The notes under the pieces are model-generated. The model was not told where the DNA came from. It worked only from the letters and a program-made list of their open reading frames with translations, and searched no databases. From the IMG/VR virus record IMGVR_UViG_2845860650_000005, positions 1-64,000 of that record: a DNA stretch of 64,000 nt. One strand, written 5' to 3'. Shown one piece after another: positions 58,046 through 64,000 of the stretch (its first letter is position 1; the number at the start of each line of letters is the position of its first letter). A program made the position numbers and the translations under genes. The stretch comes from a virus (Duplodnaviria > Caudoviricetes).

Positions 58046-59686
58046 CTATTTTGCAAATAAATCTAACGTACCAATGTGTAACAGTTCTAAGTCCTTGTCA
58101 TCTTGGCTAAATCCTTTAAGAGGAGCGCCAATCTTTAGGCGAAAATAGTTGAACATTAATTTAACATTGTGACGCTTTGATAACATACCTCCATTCTTGT
58201 CAATAACTCTGTTAAGCCAATCAGGATTAGATTTATTCCAATCAACTTTTGATAGCTTATTCAATGCGTTTATCATTCCGTTGATATTTCCCGAAAGCCC
58301 AGCACCCTCTCTTAAATATTTGCCCAGTTCTCCTAATGCATGAATGGTCACGCCATGAGAAGCAATGGTTAATTCTCTGACTTCATCGGGAGTAGAATCT
58401 CCATCTAATACCTGTTGCCAAGGTGCGATCGCATCTATCAAACTTTCCCAAAAAGCCTGACAAAACTTGAAATCAAAATCTTCATTCTTTCCCGGTTTCA
58501 TAAGCACTGTAGCATCATACAAATGCTTATAGATAAGCAATTTATCTGACTTTTTACCTAATGAACTTTTCTCTGTTTCTGCAAATTGTACAAATAGTGG
58601 AATGCTTGACAAGACGCTATTAGCAAATTCTCCTATTGGCGAATCGTTGTAGAACGTCGTCAAATTCTTGCTAACTGATTTTGCTTCTGAATTTACCTCC
58701 CTAAATATCTTCTTCCTTAATTCCAGCGATGCATTAACAATCAAGTCCACCGAAATAAATTCAGCTTTGTACTTGATTCCATCGTCACTTTGCATTATCT
58801 GACGAATCGCCCAAGTGCGATGCTGTCCGTCAATCAAACGGAACAATACAGTTAACGGCACTTCTAAAATGCCGTTGAATGCATCTTTTTTAAAAGGCGT
58901 AAATATGGCATTTTTATCTATCTCTATAGATGCCACCATTGGGGGAAAGTAATAGTTTGGGTTACTAAGAATATAGTTTTTGATTTTCTTAGCATGGGAG
59001 GGATTAAGAGCGCGGTTCGCTCTTTGGCTTGCTGGCAAGTTCGGGTCTTCGTACATGAAAAACTGAGCGACAAACTGCCAAGGTACAGACGCCTGATAAA
59101 TTACAAGTCCGTCGCTACGCACTCGGCGTAAAACCGAAAGCGTGAGGTTTGATTCCATCATTAACTCCTTTGCTTTTTGAGTAGCTGTAACAACTCCTGT
59201 TGATTTGCGCTTTTTCTCCTGATGTGGCGGAATATCTAAGCCCAGTTGTTCAATCAATGCATCAATTTTTTGAGTAGTTTTATCCCATACCTCAGTGGGG
59301 GTAAGATTTTGATGCAAGTCGTCAATTCGGATATCTCGGCTTAGAGAACAAATAGCTAAAGCCTTAATCCCGACTTGTATTGGGCGCTCGTGTACGGAAA
59401 CCCAAAACTCTCGATAGCTGGCTTCTTTATGGGTTGTCTTGTCTATGGGCGAAGAATTAGCAGTTATTTGGGTTGGGCGGCTAATAAGTTCCAACTTAGA
59501 AGGTGAAAAATCAACTCCCAAATCCCTGCCACGGTTGTTTTTTGGAGCTATACCAGTACGAAACATTACTCTAATTGAGTAATCTAAATTATCTGTGACG
59601 TGTCCGGTGATGCCAAAATATTTGGAATTTCGGTCGATGACTTTGACCTTATCGTACATCTGAAATATTTCAGATTTCATGGACAA
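58046..59686 (-). CDS. dndB: DndB-like DGQHR domain protein with an N-terminal KOW/SH3-like extension
   Basis: RANRALNPSHAKKIKNYILSNP.Y.FP, LIDGQHRTWAI, QFAETEKSSL...SDKL, IASHGVTIHALG, VDWNKSNPDW..R. Confidence 0.8.
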   Translation of the reverse strand: MSMKSEIFQMYDKVKVIDRNSKYFGITGHVTDNLDYSIRVMFRTGIAPKNNRGRDLGVDFSPSKLELISRPTQITANSSPIDKTTHKEASYREFWVSVHERPIQVGIKALAICSLSRDIRIDDLHQNLTPTEVWDKTTQKIDALIEQLGLDIPPHQEKKRKSTGVVTATQKAKELMMESNLTLSVLRRVRSDGLVIYQASVPWQFVAQFFMYEDPNLPASQRANRALNPSHAKKIKNYILSNPNYYFPPMVASIEIDKNAIFTPFKKDAFNGILEVPLTVLFRLIDGQHRTWAIRQIMQSDDGIKYKAEFISVDLIVNASLELRKKIFREVNSEAKSVSKNLTTFYNDSPIGEFANSVLSSIPLFVQFAETEKSSLGKKSDKLLIYKHLYDATVLMKPGKNEDFDFKFCQAFWESLIDAIAPWQQVLDGDSTPDEVRELTIASHGVTIHALGELGKYLREGAGLSGNINGMINALNKLSKVDWNKSNPDWLNRVIDKNGGMLSKRHNVKLMFNYFRLKIGAPLKGFSQDDKDLELLHIGTLDLFAK

Positions 59687-59700
59687 AATACCCTAAAATT

Positions 59701-59904
59701 TCAAAAATCATCGATGTGTTTTTTGGATATTAAAGACTTCTCGTTCGGTAAATTGCAAGATAGCCATAACCATCCTTCTTTTTCTTGAGGATTTGATTTA
59801 CTTTCTCCGTACCAAATCCAAAGTAGGCATTCAGTAGATGGATACTCGTTGATATAAAACCAGTGATAATTTTTCATTTTCCTCCAATAAAAAATACCTA
59901 GCAA
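59701..59904 (-). CDS. Small hypothetical protein (probable start MKNYHW)
   Basis: GGAGG RBS precedes the internal ATG. Confidence 0.5.
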   Translation of the reverse strand: MLGIFYWRKMKNYHWFYINEYPSTECLLWIWYGESKSNPQEKEGWLWLSCNLPNEKSLISKKHIDDF

Positions 59905-59918
59905 AACCGCTAGGTATT
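59893..59918 (-). terminator. Probable intrinsic terminator
   Basis: AATACCTAGC/GCTAGGTATT stem with a T-run on the minus strand. Confidence 0.55.
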
Positions 59919-59996
59919 AAATTTGTTCAGTTGAAAAAGGCGATCGCCTTGTAGAGAATCATCAAGCGATGCTTTGCAGGAGCATCGCTTTTTAAT

Positions 59997-60510
59997 TTAC
60001 TGATTTTGCAACTTCTGAATTACGTACTTGGCCGCGAATTCGGCATTGTCATTGAGTAGTCGTTGCCAAGCTTCTTCTTCTGAGGAGCGATCGCACTTCT
60101 TTATCTGGTTTCTCATCAAACACCAACTGCAACCTATCAAAGTCTTTGTTGCGAACCAGTTTGAGTCCTAGTTCTGGGTATTCCTCTTCAGAATCAGCTT
60201 TCTCTAAGAAAGTCTCTCTTTGTTGTAACTCCTCAATCCGTTTTTTAACGCGGCGAATCTCTGCGTTGTTGTTTTGCAATCTAAAATCAGCAAACCCAAC
60301 ACGTTGGGCAAAGTCAGGAACCAAAATCTTACGAGCTACATTTTCCGATATCCCAAGCTTGATTATCTCCTCAACTTTTTGGCCATCAGTTAAATTTTTG
60401 CGGATAATCTTGTTAGCATCCTTCATTTGTTGTTGAAACTTTTTTAACTGTTCTAGCTTAGCTTGCAATTGTGCGATCGCGTCAGAGTCAGTGCTTCTAA
60501 TAGCGGTCAT
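59997..60510 (-). pseudogene. Frameshifted gene resembling the C-terminal region of DUF3560-type proteins
   Basis: AIRSTDSDAI..L..KL, LQNNNAEIRRVKKRIEEL, DRLQLVFDEKPD; the expected tail AWQRLLNDNA is in another frame after the HIP1 site at 60087. Confidence 0.65.
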
Positions 60511-60552
60511 AATCCGTACCTAAAACGACATCGTGACAACTTTTGGTCACAA

Positions 60553-60588
60553 AAAAGGACTGAGAAATAATTACTTCTCAGTCCTTTT
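60553..60588. terminator. Intrinsic terminator (bidirectional type)
   Basis: AAAAGGACTGAGAA-ataattac-TTCTCAGTCCTTTT. Confidence 0.75.
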
Positions 60589-60603
60589 GAATAACCATAA
60601 GTT

Positions 60604-60948
60604 TTAACTACAAGTCCAAATGTTTTTGGGATCAAAAACCTTGTTTGGGTGATATTCTTTAGCTAGCAATATAGCTGTTTCCTTGTTGTAGGCGGATACA
60701 TACTCATGCTTGCTTCCATCTAGCGTATCCACAAGAAAAACTTTAATCTTGTTGTATCCAGTGCATCGCCAAAACAGCTGTTCTTTCACTACATATTCAA
60801 TATCTTCAGCTATTTGCTCGAAGTGTTTAACAGCAGTATTTACACGTTTGTAATACTTCCTGTACAAAGGATATCCCAACATAGTTACTTCAACCGAAGT
60901 ATTGTCTAGACTGACTTCGTAAAAGCCAATTGTCTTTTTGTTATCCAT
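60604..60948 (-). CDS. Hypothetical protein
   Basis: 114 aa; adjacent to the upstream stop. Confidence 0.7.
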   Translation of the reverse strand: MDNKKTIGFYEVSLDNTSVEVTMLGYPLYRKYYKRVNTAVKHFEQIAEDIEYVVKEQLFWRCTGYNKIKVFLVDTLDGSKHEYVSAYNKETAILLAKEYHPNKVFDPKNIWTCS

Positions 60949-61233
60949 TTACACACGCTCCCTAAAATACTTGCCTTCTGTCGTAAATAGCAATTCAAAC
61001 ACCAACAAATAGATAGAAAAGTTATAGACATTGTTGTCTCTAAAGCTAGGACTAAAATCAAGTTTTTGGTATCCACGCCAATGAAGGTAATGTAGAATAG
61101 GTTTCCCCGGCAATCTCCATTCAAATGTTAGAAATCGCATGTGATGATATTGGATAGTAAACCTAATTAAATAGGATTTAAAGAATATATTCCAACACCA
61201 ACTCTTACAACTTTTCTGTTTGATAACTTCCAT
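60949..61233 (-). CDS. Hypothetical protein
   Basis: 94 aa; GAGG RBS; fills the operon. Confidence 0.6.
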   Translation of the reverse strand: MEVIKQKSCKSWCWNIFFKSYLIRFTIQYHHMRFLTFEWRLPGKPILHYLHWRGYQKLDFSPSFRDNNVYNFSIYLLVFELLFTTEGKYFRERV

Positions 61234-61235
61234 GT

Positions 61236-61745
61236 TTACCTCAAAACAATTATGTGACCTGAACCAATATCAATCACTCTCCCATTAGGGCATTGAGATT
61301 GTACGTAGCTGATAAATTCTTTGCGCGTATAGTACTTTTGGAAAGTACCAATGCTGGTAATTCCAGACTCTTTTTTATCGGTACGTACTGCTACTACTAG
61401 TGCTTTCGTACATAGAGAAAATGCAAGCTGTAAAGTGCGATCGCGGTCTTTATCACACTCTATTACATTCAACACATACAACAAACTAGTTATTGGATAG
61501 CACTTATCCAATAACTCAAACTTAGGTCTGTAATACGGGTCAAAACCAATGGCGTCGTAATGTCCTGGCAATCGTTCTACATCTTCACCATGACCGCACC
61601 CAATATCAAGCCAGTTGCCAGCGGTGGGGAGTTTCCCTGATTCCAAAGCATTTCGCATTGGCAAGGATAGCTTGGGTCTTCTGATTGCTGTTTTCCAGCG
61701 TGGTGTACCCCAATTTTTTGGGTCTAAAAATTCTCGGTTGTTCAT
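61236..61745 (-). CDS. SAM-dependent methyltransferase resembling the DNA phosphorothioation-associated putative methyltransferase domain
   Basis: KTAIRR..LS.P, LDIGCGHGEDV, GFDPYY.P, YVLNVIE, TSIGTFQKYYT..E. Confidence 0.8.
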   Translation of the reverse strand: MNNREFLDPKNWGTPRWKTAIRRPKLSLPMRNALESGKLPTAGNWLDIGCGHGEDVERLPGHYDAIGFDPYYRPKFELLDKCYPITSLLYVLNVIECDKDRDRTLQLAFSLCTKALVVAVRTDKKESGITSIGTFQKYYTRKEFISYVQSQCPNGRVIDIGSGHIIVLR

Positions 61746-61764
61746 AATTTTTTAGGCATGAAAA

Positions 61765-61792
61765 AAGCGATCGCGTTTAAGTGCGATCGCTT
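61765..61792 (-). terminator. Hairpin formed from two HIP1 octamers, followed by a T-run on the minus strand
   Basis: AAGCGATCGC-gtttaagt-GCGATCGCTT preceded by GGCATGAAAA, as at 47362. Confidence 0.6.
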
Positions 61793-61814
61793 GGTTGAGT
61801 TTTAGATGGTCGTG

Positions 61815-62006
61815 CTAGCCCAATCCTTGATAGCCTTCGTGGCGTCTTGTAGCGTCAACCGCTTGGACTATAGTCGTCCAGTTGTCGGCATCTTCTGGTG
61901 AGTCATCTTTGCGTTGATAGTATTCGTTACTCTTGTAGTTATATTCAACTTGATGCCTGTTAACGGCTACCTCTTGTCCGTTTGGCAATGAAACTTTGAC
62001 TTCCAT
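61815..62006 (-). CDS. Small hypothetical protein (MEVKVSLPNG...)
   Basis: AAGGAG RBS before the ATG at 62006. Confidence 0.65.
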   Translation of the reverse strand: MEVKVSLPNGQEVAVNRHQVEYNYKSNEYYQRKDDSPEDADNWTTIVQAVDATRRHEGYQGLG

Positions 62007-62062
62007 GTTGTTCTCCTTTGTTTTGATTAATTTGATTTTTATGGGGCAACCAAAAAATGACA

Positions 62063-62804
62063 ACCCCATTCATGCGAATGACGAATAATCAAGAATTATT
62101 TTTTCCAAAATCCCTTTGAGCCATCCCCATAAACTGGCTCTTTGCCAGGAATAATCATCGCTTGAGTTCGGTTGTGCCTACAAACCAGGATTTAACTGAT
62201 TAGGCATTTTCGCTACTGGGAGTAGAGGAATTTTGTCTCCAAAATGAACCATTAATTTTGCCAACAACAAATAGGTAACATCGATTAATCCTCCCTCGTG
62301 CAGAGAGAAGTATTTTTGCTCCACCATCCAATTAAAAGATCTTGAATTCTGCACCAAAGAACCATCTTGATCGAGATCTAATGTCGAGTAAGCAGGTAAC
62401 CCCTGTTGGTAATTTGCCGCGATCGCATAGATCGTCTGGAAAGTCAGCACTTCTTTTTCGTAAGCATGTGTTGTACCCCGGAACAATCCTAGATAGGTAC
62501 TTTTATCTTGTTCTGCCAGCCAACAAATAAATTTGTAGGCTGAATTTTCACCAGCTTGAATGAGAAAAACTTCTGGCTGTTGGTTTGAGTTAGACACGAT
62601 TGCCCTCGCGATAATTTTTGTCAATACCTAAATAATCCATCAACTGGCGATCGCTAATTAAAGTTCACCCCATTTCATGCGAATGACGAATAATCGAGAA
62701 TTATTTTTTCCAAAATCCCTTTGAGCCATCCCCATAATTGGCTTAGTTTAGTTGCGCGACCAACTAAGATAGAAATCCCCGTAAACTGGCTCTTTGCCAG
62801 GAAT
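62063..62804. repeat. Imperfect direct repeat of about 90 bp (62063-62152 and 62667-62804)
   Basis: CATGCGAATGACGAATAATC.AGAATTATTTTTTCCAAAATCCCTTTGAGCCATCCCCATAA...ACTGGCTCTTTGCCAGGAAT in both; the second copy has 47 extra bp. Confidence 0.88.
62178..62624 (-). CDS. Hypothetical protein
   Basis: 148 aa; TTG start after TAGG; lies between the direct repeats. Confidence 0.65.
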   Translation of the reverse strand: MTKIIARAIVSNSNQQPEVFLIQAGENSAYKFICWLAEQDKSTYLGLFRGTTHAYEKEVLTFQTIYAIAANYQQGLPAYSTLDLDQDGSLVQNSRSFNWMVEQKYFSLHEGGLIDVTYLLLAKLMVHFGDKIPLLPVAKMPNQLNPGL

Positions 62805-63620
62805 CCAGTAGCGCCCATTGGCTTCTCCTGGGGTAACAACGATGCGCTCCATATTGAGGAACACAGCAAATACTACCCGCTTACGGTCATCGTAGGAAAG
62901 TTGTTTCTTCTTGTATGACGACAAGTCTCTCCCTAAAATTTCGTTGGGGAGAAGCACTTCCCCCCACTTGTAGGAATGGGGGGAAGGGGTTTTAAACTCG
63001 CCTATTCTCCCAAACTTATTGGGTAGGCACAAAAGCAATCGCTTGACGACTTCAAACAAATCATCAAAATTGGTAAAAGTTAATTCTTTATCAAAGATTG
63101 CCTTAACAACAATCTCTGCCTCTTGTCTCAGGGGTTGTGTTTGGGGTAGGCGACGACACTGGAATTTTTCCAGATAACTCTTGACTCCCTGATAAGACAT
63201 TGTTTTTACTTCATCAACGGTCAGAGGTTGATGAAAATATCTGACCTCATAATTGAGGTACTCATCACATGCAGTAAACTCCTGCCCAATATATGTGATT
63301 CGGGCAAAGAACCCAGCCGATTCTTGATGCTGGGTTATTTTTACTACCTGCCCTTTGCAGGTGTAATCGATTGTAAATCTATTAAAGCAATCCGGATCAT
63401 CTGATTGCTTGATTGTAATATCACTTTTTTCTACTACCAAGGCAGATTTTTCTATTGGCGCTTCCATCAACTTTTTGAGCGCCTCTTGTGGGGTAATTTC
63501 AATTTTTTTGATAGGTTCTAACATGATGTCTTTTCCTCTGCTTGTACTTGGTGTGGCAACAGATCCAACTGTGCTACCACGTCTCTGTAATCTTGAGCGA
63601 TCAATCAACAACGATCGCAC
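62748..63620 (-). CDS. Hypothetical protein (true start probably MLEPIKK near 63525)
   Basis: Long ORF; GAGG RBS before the internal ATG. Confidence 0.7.
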   Translation of the reverse strand: MRSLLIDRSRLQRRGSTVGSVATPSTSRGKDIMLEPIKKIEITPQEALKKLMEAPIEKSALVVEKSDITIKQSDDPDCFNRFTIDYTCKGQVVKITQHQESAGFFARITYIGQEFTACDEYLNYEVRYFHQPLTVDEVKTMSYQGVKSYLEKFQCRRLPQTQPLRQEAEIVVKAIFDKELTFTNFDDLFEVVKRLLLCLPNKFGRIGEFKTPSPHSYKWGEVLLPNEILGRDLSSYKKKQLSYDDRKRVVFAVFLNMERIVVTPGEANGRYWIPGKEPVYGDFYLSWSRN

Positions 63621-63623
63621 AAA

Positions 63624-63914
63624 TTAACTTCGTTCTTTCTTGTACTTGAGAAGTGCGATCGCTTCTCGAAGGACAGCCGCTTGATTGGGCTGTGCTTCAA
63701 GCCATTCCCATAGTTCCGCTTCCATTGCCCAAGCTTTACGCCCTTTGACAATAGGAAGCGAACTTACTGGGGAATAACCCTTTGGGCGACCACGCCCACG
63801 GTTTTTGGTCATACGCTTAGTAATATCCGTTAGAGGCAATAAATTCGTTATATGCAGAGATAAAAACAAGTTCTCCGCAAAGCGATCGCACTTAATTCGA
63901 TGAAGCAGCATCAT
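63624..63914 (-). CDS. Small DNA-binding protein, AT-hook plus ribbon-helix-helix-like (probable start MTKNRGRGRPKG)
   Basis: RGRGRPKG and LWEWLEAQPNQAAVLREAI. Confidence 0.6.
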   Translation of the reverse strand: MMLLHRIKCDRFAENLFLSLHITNLLPLTDITKRMTKNRGRGRPKGYSPVSSLPIVKGRKAWAMEAELWEWLEAQPNQAAVLREAIALLKYKKERS

Positions 63915-64000
63915 GCTTGGCGATCGCGCTATTTCAACCCAAACCTAAACTAATTGCAATGCCTTCAATAATTCCTGACGCTTGTTCCATCAACAAAAAA

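Larger units (their letters stand above)
1..64000. mobile_element. Segment of a large cyanobacterial temperate phage (prophage or phage-plasmid); both ends lie outside the window
   Basis: Portal, MuF, tape measure and tail-like genes; dense co-oriented small ORFs; DarB-like and DNA-modification genes; no housekeeping genes; HIP1 and STRR repeats typical of filamentous cyanobacteria. Confidence 0.88.

Noticed and set aside
53145-59686. A complete dnd phosphorothioation operon
   Set aside because: No DndA, DndD or DndE recognised, and the genes are not contiguous
1-64000. Integrase, att sites, terminase, major capsid, tRNA or rRNA genes
   Set aside because: No recognisable signatures found by eye; they probably lie outside the window, although a divergent capsid or tube protein among the hypotheticals cannot be excluded

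Overview
All 64 kb appear to be part of a large temperate phage (prophage or phage-plasmid) of a filamentous, probably heterocyst-forming cyanobacterium. The host call rests on abundant HIP1 octamers (GCGATCGC), heptamer STRR arrays (GGCAGA[G/A])n and Nostocales-type dispersed repeats. Positions 1-40.7 kb carry virion genes in divergent cassettes: a 2991-aa tape measure protein, a DUF1073-type portal with long C-terminal fusions, an intein-containing MuF protein and probable tail/baseplate genes, plus a phage sigma factor. Positions 41-64 kb are a leftward run of early/accessory genes: PNKP-like enzyme, a DarB-like methylase-helicase split over three separate genes, PAPS reductase, a DndB-like protein and a phosphorothioation-associated methyltransferase. 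No terminase, major capsid, integrase, RNA gene or CRISPR array was recognised. Main candidates for novelty: (1) an intein whose putative homing endonuclease lies on the antisense strand, codon-aligned, with both strands open for about 300 codons; (2) a modular virion-cargo system in which lipase, HipA-like kinase, JAB, GNAT, pyrophosphatase and zincin domains are joined in polyproteins, separated by [R/K/H]-x-D motifs and mostly headed by a repeated Cys4 tag or a 29-aa tag; (3) an A-AAA-AAG frameshift that would fuse MuF to the upstream gene; (4) the colinear three-way split of DarB. All family calls come from motif recognition by eye, not database searches.
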